From NCBI GenBank assembly GCA_045535815.1, contig JAZSMJ010000034.1:648-64647 (forward strand): a stretch of DNA of 64,000 bases, in the 5' to 3' direction. The stretch comes from Eubacteriales bacterium. GTDB lineage: Bacteria; Bacillota; Clostridia; Oscillospirales; CAG-272. Both the position numbers and the translations under genes were made by a program. The notes under the pieces were generated by a model. That model worked only from the letters and a program-made list of their open reading frames with translations, was not told where the DNA came from and ran no database searches. This document shows positions 53,806-62,708 of the stretch, one piece after another. Numbering within the stretch: position 1 is the stretch's first letter; every line of letters starts with the position of its first letter.

Positions 53806-54642
53806 ATGAGAAAAATAAGAGTGGTTTCCGACTCATCATCTGATATTATGGCGCTTGAATATGCCGATTTTGCCTTTTCACCCATGAAGATAATTACAAC
53901 CGATAGGGAATTCGTTGACGATGCCGAGCTTGACGTTGACGCTATGGTAGACTTCTTCGATCATTACAAGGATAAATCGAAAACGTCCTGTCCCAATCCG
54001 TCCGATTGGCTTACTGCCTTCGGAGATGCGGACGATATTATCTGCGTGACTATTACAAGCGCTCTTTCGGGAAGCTATAATTCTGCCTGCGCTGCTAAGA
54101 AAATTTACGAATCCGAAAACGAGGGCAGGCGAGTTTTCGTTCTTGATACTCTATCCGCAGGCCCCGAAATAACCCTCGTTATAAGGAAGATAGAAGAATA
54201 TATAAAAAGCGGAATGGAATTTGATGCCATCTGCGAGAGCATTAAGGAATATCTCAAAAATACCGCTCTCGTATTTATGCTCAAGTCACTTAGGAATTTT
54301 GCCGCAAACGGCAGAGTGTCGCCGCTGGTAGCCAAGATAGTCGGCATTGCGGGCATCTGCATAGTCGGAAGGGCGAGTGACGAGGGAACTCTTGAGCCCA
54401 CCCACAAATGCCGTGGCGAAGCTCGCTCACTTGAAACTCTGATGAGCGATCTTGAAAAACACGGTCTTAGGTGCGGCAGGGTGAGCATAGGTCACTGCCG
54501 AAACGAAAGGGCTGCGCAGGAGCTTAAGGAGAAGATAAAGGCGAAATTCGAGGCTGTACAGGTTGAGATACACAAGCTGAGGGGGCTTTGCAGCTTCTAC
54601 GCTGAAAACGGCGGTCTTCTGGTAGGCTTTGAAAGGATGTAA
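53806..54642 (+). CDS. DegV-family fatty-acid-binding protein
   Basis: ATG 53806 behind AAAGGAG. MRKIRVVSDSSSDI, TSCPNPSDW and TLSAGP are typical DegV motifs. Confidence 0.9.
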   Translation: MRKIRVVSDSSSDIMALEYADFAFSPMKIITTDREFVDDAELDVDAMVDFFDHYKDKSKTSCPNPSDWLTAFGDADDIICVTITSALSGSYNSACAAKKIYESENEGRRVFVLDTLSAGPEITLVIRKIEEYIKSGMEFDAICESIKEYLKNTALVFMLKSLRNFAANGRVSPLVAKIVGIAGICIVGRASDEGTLEPTHKCRGEARSLETLMSDLEKHGLRCGRVSIGHCRNERAAQELKEKIKAKFEAVQVEIHKLRGLCSFYAENGGLLVGFERM

Positions 54643-54644
54643 TA

Positions 54645-54675
54645 AAAAAGGCAATGCCGTGGGCATTGCCTTTTA
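54645..54675. terminator. Bidirectional intrinsic terminator between the convergent degV and deacetylase genes
   Basis: AAAAA-GGCAATGCC-GTG-GGCATTGCC-TTTT. Confidence 0.85.
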
Positions 54676-55581
54676 CTGTTTGTTTGGATAAAATTCTTCA
54701 AAGAAACGATCGACTTCCTCGCAGACGTCGCTGTCGTATCTTATATTCATTCGCTTGGTAAGGCGGTATTCGTCCTTCAGCCATGCGAGATCCTTTGAGT
54801 GAATGAACTGCACGAACTGAGCCTTTACTCCTGCTTCATACAAGGCCTCGACGAGATAGCGGTCGTAGCTGCTGTTGGGATAGGAAAAGAGGCGGAGGGC
54901 ATTTTCATCCAGACGTATCTGTATCGATTCGTAAGAGCGGCTCTCCTCCAAAAGGAACGAATCGTGGTCGGTATCGCTCGCTTTTGTGTGGTTTATGGTG
55001 TGGGAATAGATGTCTACCCATCCTGACTGCACCATCTCATCTGCCTGATAATAGCTGAAATGATTGGGAAGTCCGCTAAGACCGGTGCACATAAATATGT
55101 CGGCGGTTATACCGTATTCACTAAGCAGGGGATATACTATCTCATAGTTTGAAAGATATCCGTCGTCAAAGGTGAGGATGAAGTAATCTCTGTCGGGTCT
55201 GTAGTCGCCGTTATACCACTGCTCAAGGCTGAGTGGCACCAGCCCCTTTTCGAGAAGCGACTCCATATCGTATTTGAATTTTTCGGTGGTGGTAACGCTG
55301 TCGGGATCGTCCATCGGGCCCATTTCGTCTACGACGTGATGGTATAGAAAAATGATAACCCTTCCGCTTCCCTTTGCAGGTGTGTAATCGTCCTTTATAT
55401 AATGAGGCGGATCAAGCTTGAAGGTGCTCATGCATGAGGCATAGCGTGAAAGCGTTGTCCTCGAGTGCGACGGATACGGCATGGAATATACCGCACCTTC
55501 GGCGTTTGCCGGTATGCACGCAAGGATAAGCATGATCGCCGTTAGCATACAAACAAACGGTAATATGCGTTTTAAAATCAT
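54673..55581 (-). CDS. Polysaccharide deacetylase (CE4/NodB homology) family protein, secreted or membrane-anchored
   Basis: N-terminal hydrophobic segment. YFILTFDDGYLSNYEIVYPLLSEYGITADIF contains the TFDDG motif. HTINH motif. Confidence 0.85.
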   Translation of the reverse strand: MILKRILPFVCMLTAIMLILACIPANAEGAVYSMPYPSHSRTTLSRYASCMSTFKLDPPHYIKDDYTPAKGSGRVIIFLYHHVVDEMGPMDDPDSVTTTEKFKYDMESLLEKGLVPLSLEQWYNGDYRPDRDYFILTFDDGYLSNYEIVYPLLSEYGITADIFMCTGLSGLPNHFSYYQADEMVQSGWVDIYSHTINHTKASDTDHDSFLLEESRSYESIQIRLDENALRLFSYPNSSYDRYLVEALYEAGVKAQFVQFIHSKDLAWLKDEYRLTKRMNIRYDSDVCEEVDRFFEEFYPNKQ

Positions 55582-55717
55582 CGGGTCTGTATCCTTTCAG
55601 AAAATAAACACTATTATTATAATATAAAAAATCGAAAAACACAATACTTTTATTTGAATAAGCCTTCGGCAGTATTTTACAGATATGTGAAAAAGATAAA
55701 AAATGTACAAAAAATGA

Positions 55718-55746
55718 TTGACAAAATTCAAAAAAAGGAGTAAAAT
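55718..55746 (+). promoter_or_regulatory. SigA-type promoter TTGACA-17-TAAAAT
   Basis: TTGACA 55718-55723, TAAAAT 55741-55746, upstream of transketolase. Confidence 0.6.
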
Positions 55747-55785
55747 AAACTTTGAATGTATTTATGTTATGTAGGAGGTAAGATC

Positions 55786-56616
55786 ATGACTGAACAGAGA
55801 ATAAAAGAGCTGACTAATATAGCTAATAATATAAGGCTCAACGCACTTAAGGCAGTATACAGCGCATCCTCCGGACATCCGGGCGGATCGCTTTCTATAG
55901 CAGACGTACTTGCATATCTTTATTTTGAGGAAATGAATATCGATCCCAAGAATCCCAAGTGGGAGGACAGAGACAGATTCGTTCTCTCAAAGGGTCACAC
56001 CACCCCCGGTCTTTACGGCGCACTCGCTGAAAGAGGCTTCTTCCCTAAGGAGGATCTTGTAACCTTCCGTCAGGCAGACAGCTATCTTCAGGGTCACCCG
56101 GATATGAAGGGTACTCCCGGTGTTGATATGACTACGGGTTCTCTCGGCCTCGGTATATCCGCTGCCTGCGGTATGGCTCTTGAGAGCAAGATATCGGGCA
56201 AGTCGTGGAGAGTTTACGCCGCAGTAGGTGACGGTGAGGTTGAAGAGGGTCAGGTTTGGGAGGCAGCTATGTTTGCCGCTCATTACGGACTTGATAAGCT
56301 CTGCATCTTCGTTGACTTCAACGGTCTTCAGATAGACGGTAAGGTAACGGACGTTATCGACCCCACACCCATTGACGAGAAGTTCAGAGCGTTCAACTGG
56401 AACGTTATCTGCATAAACGGTCACGATTTTAACGAGATCGAGGCAGCAGTAAACGCTGCCAAGGCTTGCAAGGGTAAGCCCACGGCAGTTATATGCAAGA
56501 CCGTAAAGGGACGTGGCGTTTCCTTTATGGAAAACAACGCTTCATGGCACGGTGCGGCTCCCAAGCAGGAGCAGTACGAGCAGGCAGTAGCCGAGATCAC
56601 GGCTGCTATGCAGTAA
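55786..56616 (+). CDS. Transketolase, N-terminal (TPP-binding) subunit
   Basis: ATG 55786 behind AGGAGG. SSGHPGGSLS, SKGHTTPGLY and GDGEVEEGQVWEA motifs. Confidence 0.95.
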   Translation: MTEQRIKELTNIANNIRLNALKAVYSASSGHPGGSLSIADVLAYLYFEEMNIDPKNPKWEDRDRFVLSKGHTTPGLYGALAERGFFPKEDLVTFRQADSYLQGHPDMKGTPGVDMTTGSLGLGISAACGMALESKISGKSWRVYAAVGDGEVEEGQVWEAAMFAAHYGLDKLCIFVDFNGLQIDGKVTDVIDPTPIDEKFRAFNWNVICINGHDFNEIEAAVNAAKACKGKPTAVICKTVKGRGVSFMENNASWHGAAPKQEQYEQAVAEITAAMQ

Positions 56617-56631
56617 TAGGAGGGACGCAAA

Positions 56632-57573
56632 ATGGCAGATAAGATAGCAACAAGAGAAGCATACGGTGCGGCTCTCGCAGAGCTGGGCGAAAAATATGAT
56701 ATAGTCGTTTTCACGGCTGACCTTGCAGACGCTACCAAGGTTTCAAAGTTCCAGGCAAAATTCCCCGAAAGATTTTTCAACTGCGGTATCGCAGAGGGTA
56801 ATATGGTATCGGTAGCGGCAGGTGTTGCAACTACGGGAAGAATTCCGTTCGTCAGCTCCTTCGCAATGTTTACTGCAGGAAGAGCCTTTGAGCAGATAAG
56901 AAATTCCATAGGATATCCTCATCTTAACGTTAAGATAGGTGCAACTCACGGCGGAATCACCGTCGGTGAGGACGGTGCTACCCACCAGTGCAACGAGGAT
57001 ATGGGCGTTATGCGTACCATTCCCGGAATGGTAGTTATGTCTCCTGCAGATGCGGTTGAAACAAGAGCCTGCGTTGAGGCGGCTATTAAATGGGACGGTC
57101 CCGTTTATATGCGATTCGGACGTGCGGCAGTGCCCACACTTTTTGATAAGGATAACTACAAGTTCGAGATAGGCAAGGGTATCGTTATGGCAGACGGTAA
57201 AGACGTTGCCATCTTCGCTAACGGATATATGGTAGACCAGGCGCTCAGCGCAAGAGAGCTTCTCAAGGCTGAAGGCATTGATGCGGCGGTTATCAATATT
57301 CATACGGTAAAGCCGCTTGACGATGAACTCGTTCGCAGCTACGCCGCAAAGACCGGCGCAGTAGTTACTGCAGAGGAGCACAGCATTATCGGCGGTCTCG
57401 GAAGCGCAGTATGCGAGTCTCTCGCTGAAAGCTGTCCCGTTCCCGTTATGCGTGTAGGTGTTGAGGATAAGTACGGACGCAGCGGAAAGGTTCCTGCTCT
57501 CGTCGAGCTCTACGGCCTCACTCCCGCTAATATCGCCGCTAAAGCAAAAGCAGCGATCGCACTTAAGAAGTGA
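56632..57573 (+). CDS. Transketolase, C-terminal (pyrimidine-binding) subunit
   Basis: FNCGIAEGNMVSVAAG, GATHQCNEDMGVMRTIPGM. Confidence 0.95.
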   Translation: MADKIATREAYGAALAELGEKYDIVVFTADLADATKVSKFQAKFPERFFNCGIAEGNMVSVAAGVATTGRIPFVSSFAMFTAGRAFEQIRNSIGYPHLNVKIGATHGGITVGEDGATHQCNEDMGVMRTIPGMVVMSPADAVETRACVEAAIKWDGPVYMRFGRAAVPTLFDKDNYKFEIGKGIVMADGKDVAIFANGYMVDQALSARELLKAEGIDAAVINIHTVKPLDDELVRSYAAKTGAVVTAEEHSIIGGLGSAVCESLAESCPVPVMRVGVEDKYGRSGKVPALVELYGLTPANIAAKAKAAIALKK

Positions 57574-57615
57574 TTCAGACTCTGTTTTATAAAAATACGA
57601 GGGAAGAATAGAATC

Positions 57616-57646
57616 ATAGCCGCCATTCAGGCGGCTATAATTTATT
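57616..57646 (+). terminator. Intrinsic terminator after transketolase
   Basis: ATAGCCGC-CATTCAG-GCGGCTAT, followed by a T-rich tract. Confidence 0.65.
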
Positions 57647-57647
57647 T

Positions 57648-57671
57648 CCCGCTTTTTTGAAAAAAAGCGGG
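57648..57671. repeat. Palindrome CCCGC-TTTTTT-GA-AAAAAA-GCGGG
   Basis: Read directly. Same architecture as 9439-9468 and 59544-59575. Overlaps the left end of the direct repeat. Confidence 0.8.
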
Positions 57672-57714
57672 GCAAAAAACTTCATAATACAAGCTGCTGT
57701 GCGAACAAAACGGT
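57665..57714 (+). repeat. Left copy of a ~50-bp direct repeat flanking the NERD/XRE cassette
   Basis: AAGCGGGGCAAAAAACTTCATAATACAAGCTGCTGTGCGAACAAAACGGT versus the right copy at 59398-59446: three substitutions and one 1-nt indel by manual alignment. Confidence 0.85.
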
Positions 57715-57797
57715 TTTTTATTAAAGTTTTGGTAAAGCAAGAATTTTTAAATATATTAATACTAATTACTCCGATATCTTAATACACATTAAACGCA

Positions 57798-57825
57798 TTG
57801 ACATATACAAAAAATATGATATAAT
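57798..57825 (+). promoter_or_regulatory. SigA-type promoter TTGACA-16-TATAAT with TG extension
   Basis: TTGACA 57798-57803, TGA-TATAAT 57817-57825. Confidence 0.6.
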
Positions 57826-57858
57826 CAAAATGTAGTAAATTTTGTGGAGATTTTGTAA

Positions 57859-59133
57859 ATGGTTGATATTAATAAAACATATTATGAATTAACCAATGTT
57901 GATATCGAAAAACAGCGTGAATTATGGGATGAAAGAGGCAAAGGCTACTACGGGGAGTTTTTGGTTTTTAAAGAGCTTTACATGAATATACCCGGAACAT
58001 GCAAAATGCTTATGAATCTTCAAATTCCAACGATAAATGGAAAAACAACCGAGATAGACTTTTTAATGATTCATGAAACCGGAATATATGTTTTTGAGAT
58101 AAAACATTACAAAGGGACTATTTACGGAAAGATTGAGGATAAAATATGGACTCAGTATTTCCGAACATCAAGAAATAATACGTTTGTAAATCCGGTTGAA
58201 CAAAACAGATATCATATCGACGCAATTTCAAAGCTTTACCCAGCCGTACCAATATATTCATATGTAGTTTTTACTAACCCTGTATGTGAATTAAAAATCC
58301 AAAATACCACATCTGAAATTACTGTATGCAACCTACGAGATCTTTTGTTTTTTGTGAATTATAAAATTAACAGTTTACCTGTATTTTTTGATATGCAGTT
58401 GATTGACTGCATTTTTGATGATTTTAAAAAACATTCTCCAATTGTTGAAAAGCCGATAAAAATTGACGGAGAAATAGTTCCGTTTTATATGTATGTAGAT
58501 GAAATAAGGAAGAACTACCAACAAAAAATAGAAGATGATGAGCTTAAATCGAAAATAAATATCAAAAGAACAAAAAAGAAGGTTTTTCTTTCAGCTATTA
58601 TTTATACTGCAACTATGCTTTGTGGGTGTTTGATTTTTGGTTTGGTATGTCATATATCAGTATTGAACAATCAAAAAATGGCATTAGATGCTCAGCAAGA
58701 GCTACAAACATTCGCTCGTAAATTTCAACGTGTTGATGAAATATCGGTTGATGATATAGTTATAACATCTGACTTAATAACTGTTTCCAATGTGCTTTTA
58801 GAAAAATCTATTGATTTAGAAGGAGTTATTAATTTTTCTTTTAGATTAAACTGGAATGGAGCCCAGTATGGTGTTGAAATTCCTAAAGGAGCAAAAATAA
58901 TAGTTGTTTTATCAGATGGAGCCGTACAAGAATATGATATTGTTATTAATTCAAGTGTTAGGTTAAATCGTTTTAATAAATATACTCAATCTAATTTATA
59001 TGAATTACAGATTATGGATATAGAGGATATTTCATATATAAAAGTAAATGGATTGAAGTTGTATAAAATTTCCAGACCTAATGTATATGTAAAAGAGAAT
59101 ATGGAAATAGAGTTATACGATTCAAATAAATAA
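57859..59133 (+). CDS. NERD (nuclease-related domain) protein with a central TM helix and an unassigned C-terminal domain
   Basis: GKGYYGEFLVFKEL...TEIDFLMIHETGIYVFEIKHYKGTIYG...NPVEQNRYHIDAI matches the NERD pattern. TM VFLSAIIYTATMLCGCLIFGLVCHISVL. Visibly AT-rich gene. Confidence 0.8.
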   Translation: MVDINKTYYELTNVDIEKQRELWDERGKGYYGEFLVFKELYMNIPGTCKMLMNLQIPTINGKTTEIDFLMIHETGIYVFEIKHYKGTIYGKIEDKIWTQYFRTSRNNTFVNPVEQNRYHIDAISKLYPAVPIYSYVVFTNPVCELKIQNTTSEITVCNLRDLLFFVNYKINSLPVFFDMQLIDCIFDDFKKHSPIVEKPIKIDGEIVPFYMYVDEIRKNYQQKIEDDELKSKINIKRTKKKVFLSAIIYTATMLCGCLIFGLVCHISVLNNQKMALDAQQELQTFARKFQRVDEISVDDIVITSDLITVSNVLLEKSIDLEGVINFSFRLNWNGAQYGVEIPKGAKIIVVLSDGAVQEYDIVINSSVRLNRFNKYTQSNLYELQIMDIEDISYIKVNGLKLYKISRPNVYVKENMEIELYDSNK

Positions 59134-59166
59134 TTTAATAAAAGAATTTTTGAAAATGGTTTATAT

Positions 59167-59367
59167 ATGATTGTTTTTGATAAGCTTTGGATAACTATGA
59201 AAGAAAAGGGAATATCCACTTATACTTTGCGTGAGGAATGCGGAATAGATAGTAAGACGGTGAGACGGCTTAAGGCAAATGAAAATATAGAGACAAAGAC
59301 TATTGATAAGCTTTGCAAGGCGCTGGATTGTAAAATAGAGGATATAGCAGAATTTGTAAAAGACTGA
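59167..59367 (+). CDS. Small XRE/Cro-type helix-turn-helix protein (66 aa)
   Basis: KLWITMKEKGISTYTLREECGIDSKTVRRLKANENIETKTIDKLCKALDCKIEDIAEF is a typical short HTH_26-like protein. Confidence 0.8.
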   Translation: MIVFDKLWITMKEKGISTYTLREECGIDSKTVRRLKANENIETKTIDKLCKALDCKIEDIAEFVKD

Positions 59368-59397
59368 AAAAGCTCTTTTGTTTGACTTCGTGGTGAG

Positions 59398-59446
59398 AAG
59401 CCGGGCAAAAACTTCATAATACAAGTTGCTGTGCTAACAAAACGGT
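59398..59446 (+). repeat. Right copy of the direct repeat flanking the NERD/XRE cassette
   Basis: AAGCCGGGCAAAAACTTCATAATACAAGTTGCTGTGCTAACAAAACGGT. Confidence 0.85.
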
Positions 59447-59452
59447 ATATTT

Positions 59453-59487
59453 AAAACCGACAGTCAAACTCCGACTGTCGGTTTTTT
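59453..59487 (+). terminator. Intrinsic terminator
   Basis: AACCGACAGTC-AAACTCC-GACTGTCGGTT, followed by a T run. Confidence 0.85.
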
Positions 59488-59543
59488 GATGTATGTTAGA
59501 ACTAACCAAGAAAAATGCCCTGAAAGTTTTTGGGAAAGGGTAC

Positions 59544-59575
59544 GGGAAAACCTTTTTTATAAAAAAGGTTTTCCC
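59544..59575. repeat. Perfect palindrome GGGAAAACCTTTTTT-AT-AAAAAAGGTTTTCCC
   Basis: Read directly. Lies immediately downstream of the PPTase stop. Confidence 0.85.
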
Positions 59576-59576
59576 G

Positions 59577-60092
59577 CTATAAAATTACCTCTATTTTATC
59601 AGGGAATTTCTCGGGGTGCTTACGTGAAGCGAGGGCGACGGTGTATTCTACGCCGTTTGATGACAGGGTGTAGTGCTTAACGCTGATGTCTTCTTCAAGC
59701 ATAGCAGAATTGCTGACGCCACAGCCTATCAGCTTTCCCTTGCTCTCGAGCGCAGTCCATGCGCTTAGCGATTCATCGGCATCGCAGTCGCATAACCATC
59801 GCTTACGTATCCGCTCGCTTACCTCTCTGTCGGAGCGCTCGGCGTCAACGCCAACGTCCTCGTCCGATATTGCGCAGACTGCAAGTGAGCTTGTATGCGA
59901 TATGCTGAAGAATATCCCTTTGGCATTGCCTTGTGCAAAATACGGCTTGCCAAGCTGTGTTTTTGATATGTCGGACAAAGAGGTGTCTATTCCGAAATCA
60001 CGCCTGAGCGCAGAAAAAAGCAGCTCATATGCGCACTTGCTTTGACCTTTTGCAGAGCTATCCACGATAGGACTTGCATACAGCCTTATCAT
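59577..60092 (-). CDS. 4'-phosphopantetheinyl transferase (Sfp-type, short)
   Basis: GKPYF, FSISHTSSLAVCAIS, VGVDAE and WTALESKGKLIG fit the PPTase superfamily motifs. ATGA overlap with the upstream gene. Confidence 0.8.
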   Translation of the reverse strand: MIRLYASPIVDSSAKGQSKCAYELLFSALRRDFGIDTSLSDISKTQLGKPYFAQGNAKGIFFSISHTSSLAVCAISDEDVGVDAERSDREVSERIRKRWLCDCDADESLSAWTALESKGKLIGCGVSNSAMLEEDISVKHYTLSSNGVEYTVALASRKHPEKFPDKIEVIL

Positions 60093-61015
60093 GCTTTCTT
60101 TCCTTTTCCTACGCCGAAAACGGCAGGGCGAAGAAGCATATCCAAAGGATATGCAAGAAGGTTTGCGATAATAAGTGCGAAAAGCGAGGCATCACGTCCA
60201 AAAAGAACGCTGAGCGTGGCAGACAAAGCGCCTGCAAGCGCACCAAATACCAGCCTTGCGCTCTTGTTCATGGGTGTTGAGATGCCGTCGGGCGCAATAA
60301 ATACTGCTATCGGGATAACTGACGAGCAGATAAGTCCGAGCAGCGCCCTTTGAATATCAAATGATGAGAGAAGATAGAGTGCTACGGTATAGGTCGCTAT
60401 AAACGATATCGGGATATGTCTGTCAACCGCCCTTCTGCAGATAAGGTAAATTCCGCCTGCTATGCACAGAAGGATAGATATTTCGCAGATAAGTCCTGCT
60501 CTGTTTCCGGTGAGCAGATCAAAGACCGAAATATCCTGCGCTGCATCTGAAAAGAAGAGAGATGAGGGAGATAACTCAAGCGCCGAGCCCTCGGAATTCG
60601 GCAGGGGCGAAAGATACGCCTTATTTCCGAATATAGAGCAAAGCAGTAATATTGCGGTTGCGCTCGGGTTTGGTATTATCTTACTGCCGACGGCTTTCAG
60701 CGATATTTTTATTACTGCCACGGCGAATACCGATGCGACACAGCCCATCCATATTGGCGCAGACGGCGGTAGCATTATCGAGATGAGCAGACCCGTCACG
60801 GCGCCCGACGTAGCTGTCGATACTGTATTTCTTTTAAGCAAAAAGCTTAATAATGCTTCGGTGATAATTGCGCTTACCACCGATACGGCGACTATTGCGA
60901 GCACTCTTGCGCCAAACGTTGCAGATGCAAATATAATTACGGGCAAAAGCGCTATTATCATATCTATATTGACAGAGCTTGCGGTTTTGGAGGTTTTTAT
61001 CAACTGAGCTTTCAT
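60089..61015 (-). CDS. RnfD/NqrB-like integral membrane protein (degenerate)
   Basis: SGAVTGLLISIMLPPSAPIWMGCVASVFAVAVIK...IIPNPSATAILLL and GNRAGLICEISILLCIAGGIYLI align by eye with conserved RnfD blocks. No SGAT-type FMN attachment motif is visible. Confidence 0.7.
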   Translation of the reverse strand: MKAQLIKTSKTASSVNIDMIIALLPVIIFASATFGARVLAIVAVSVVSAIITEALLSFLLKRNTVSTATSGAVTGLLISIMLPPSAPIWMGCVASVFAVAVIKISLKAVGSKIIPNPSATAILLLCSIFGNKAYLSPLPNSEGSALELSPSSLFFSDAAQDISVFDLLTGNRAGLICEISILLCIAGGIYLICRRAVDRHIPISFIATYTVALYLLSSFDIQRALLGLICSSVIPIAVFIAPDGISTPMNKSARLVFGALAGALSATLSVLFGRDASLFALIIANLLAYPLDMLLRPAVFGVGKGKKA

Positions 61016-62466
61016 TTTTTCTTTTTGCCTCCTCCTTTTTTGCTCTTTTTGCCCTTACCTGAGCTTTTGGGCTTTGCTTCTTCCTTGGGGGATTCTTCCT
61101 CTATTACAGGCTCTTCCGAAACAGGCTCTTCCGAAACAGGCTCTTCGGGAATAGTTTCCTCGGGGAGAGGCTCTTCGGGAAGACACTCTTCCACGGTGGC
61201 CTCCTTAGCAGAGATTACAGCACCGCATATATCAATGCCCTGCGGACATATAAACGAACAGCTTCCGCATTCGATACAGTATTGTGCACCGAGCGCCTTG
61301 CATTTGTCGTAGCTTTCTTTACGGGCGCTTTGCGCTATCGCTATCGGCATTATGCGCATAGGACAGACCGCCGTGCATTTTCCGCAACCGATACAGCACT
61401 CAATGTCGGCATCCGTCTTCTTTTTTGGAAAATCTACTATAAGGGAGCTTACCTCTCCGGTTATGCAGGCGTCATCATCCGTTTTGCTTGCCGAAAGAAG
61501 AGTGCCCGAGTAGATATCGCATCCGGCCTCTGCTCCGCAGTAGGCGACTATATCCTTAAGGTAAGCTCCTATCGGAACGGTTACCACCTTGGGCTTTTTC
61601 ATTCCGCTTCCGTATACCGAAACGGTGGTATCTATAAACGGCTTGCCGTAAACGAATGCGTTATAAACGGCAATGCAGTCTGAGAGCGAGAATATTCCTG
61701 CAGGCATAGGAGAGGGAAGGGCATTCACGACAAGCTCCTTTCCCGAAAGGGAATAGTAAAGCAGAGCCTCGTTTTGCTGAGGATACTTTGCCTTAAGCTC
61801 TGATATTCTGAAAAGCTTATCGTCCGATACTGCGTTAAGAAGTGGCTTTAGTATATGTATATTATTTTCGGTTACCGCAAATACTGCATATGGAACGGAC
61901 AGAGCCTTGAGGAGTATTTTTGCTCCTCCGCATACTGCACGGGGGTCAAGCTCCGCTTCAAACATATCGCCCGAAGGAAAGGGAGCGCACGAAGCGCAGT
62001 TTATGACGATAGCCGTCGTGCCGACAAGGTCCTTTATCCTTTGGTGGAGAGGCTTACCTTGTGACATTATTCCGCACTCTCTGATACGTGCGACGATCTC
62101 GTCTGTGTCTGCATCCTTTAAAGGCTTTTCAAAGGGTGAAAGCATAACCTCTTCTTCAGCCGTGTCGGTCAAGACCGTCACCGTGCTCTCGGTAACACCG
62201 CAGACACTTCCGCTGACGCTTGAATATACGGGGCAGTCTTTATCGCCACTCGCATCTGCTATAAGCTGACCGCGCATAACGGTATCTCCCGCCTTCACGT
62301 CGGGGGTAAGACCGCTTGTGCCGATGCATACCTTCAGAAGTCCTTTTGCGGTAAGCGGAGAATCACCCGATAGCATATCGTCGCAAAGCTCGGGCAGACG
62401 CAGATCAAATCCGCAAGCCGTTTCTATTTCCTTTACGGGTATACCACCCTTGAAGGTCAACGCCAT
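61012..62466 (-). CDS. RnfC-like protein (RnfC_N barrel, degenerate nucleotide-binding region, 2 x [4Fe-4S] motifs, acidic/basic low-complexity tail)
   Basis: Start moved to ATG 62466 (MALTFKGGIPV) behind AGGTGA. KAGDTVMRGQLIA...SSVSGSV resembles RnfC_N. CIGCGKCTAVCP and CIECGSCSFICP are present. GGAGFP is replaced by SQGKPL. The tail is PEEPLPEETIPEEPVSEEPVSEEPV...KGKKSKKGGGKKKK. Confidence 0.7.
   Translation of the reverse strand: MALTFKGGIPVKEIETACGFDLRLPELCDDMLSGDSPLTAKGLLKVCIGTSGLTPDVKAGDTVMRGQLIADASGDKDCPVYSSVSGSVCGVTESTVTVLTDTAEEEVMLSPFEKPLKDADTDEIVARIRECGIMSQGKPLHQRIKDLVGTTAIVINCASCAPFPSGDMFEAELDPRAVCGGAKILLKALSVPYAVFAVTENNIHILKPLLNAVSDDKLFRISELKAKYPQQNEALLYYSLSGKELVVNALPSPMPAGIFSLSDCIAVYNAFVYGKPFIDTTVSVYGSGMKKPKVVTVPIGAYLKDIVAYCGAEAGCDIYSGTLLSASKTDDDACITGEVSSLIVDFPKKKTDADIECCIGCGKCTAVCPMRIMPIAIAQSARKESYDKCKALGAQYCIECGSCSFICPQGIDICGAVISAKEATVEECLPEEPLPEETIPEEPVSEEPVSEEPVIEEESPKEEAKPKSSGKGKKSKKGGGKKKK
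61106..61150 (-). repeat. 3 x 15-bp in-frame tandem repeat encoding the (P)VSEE units of the RnfC-like tail
   Basis: ACAGGCTCTTCCGAA at 61106-61120 and 61121-61135, with a degenerate third unit at 61136-61150 (plus-strand reading). Confidence 0.85.
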
Positions 62467-62708
62467 TTCTTTCACCTCGTAAAATAAAACGATATATAAT
62501 ATTATACTACAAATACTATAAATAAAGCAAGTTTTTTGCTTACAATTTGTGATTTTGAGGGTCAAAAAAAGAGCCTGTCCGTATCCTTCCCCGATAAAAA
62601 ATAAATATAGAAGAAAAAAGTTAAAAAAAGTGTTGACAAATCGCAAATCCCGTGATATAATAATCAAGCGCTTGAGGATTTTGGATAATATCTTCGGCAG
62701 TCAAATGT

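Noticed and set aside
55786-57573. Transketolase split into two ORFs as a frameshift pseudogene.
   Set aside because: The two-subunit (N-terminal/C-terminal) transketolase is a normal arrangement in many Clostridia and archaea. Each part has its own RBS and start, and both are complete.
59577-62466. Calling this a functional Rnf ion-translocating complex.
   Set aside because: Only C-like and D-like subunits are present and their cofactor motifs look degenerate. The G, E, A and B subunits are absent from the window.
62467-62667. N-terminal extensions in ORF-track models: here the RnfC-like gene, and likewise 10239-10292, 15173-15187, 25270-25326, 34228-34269, 35551-35562, 36889-36912, 52437-52445, 53782-53805 and 55756-55785.
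   Set aside because: In each case a downstream ATG/TTG is preceded by a good GGAGG-type RBS and begins the conserved or signal-peptide sequence. The extension overlaps a promoter box or encodes implausible residues.
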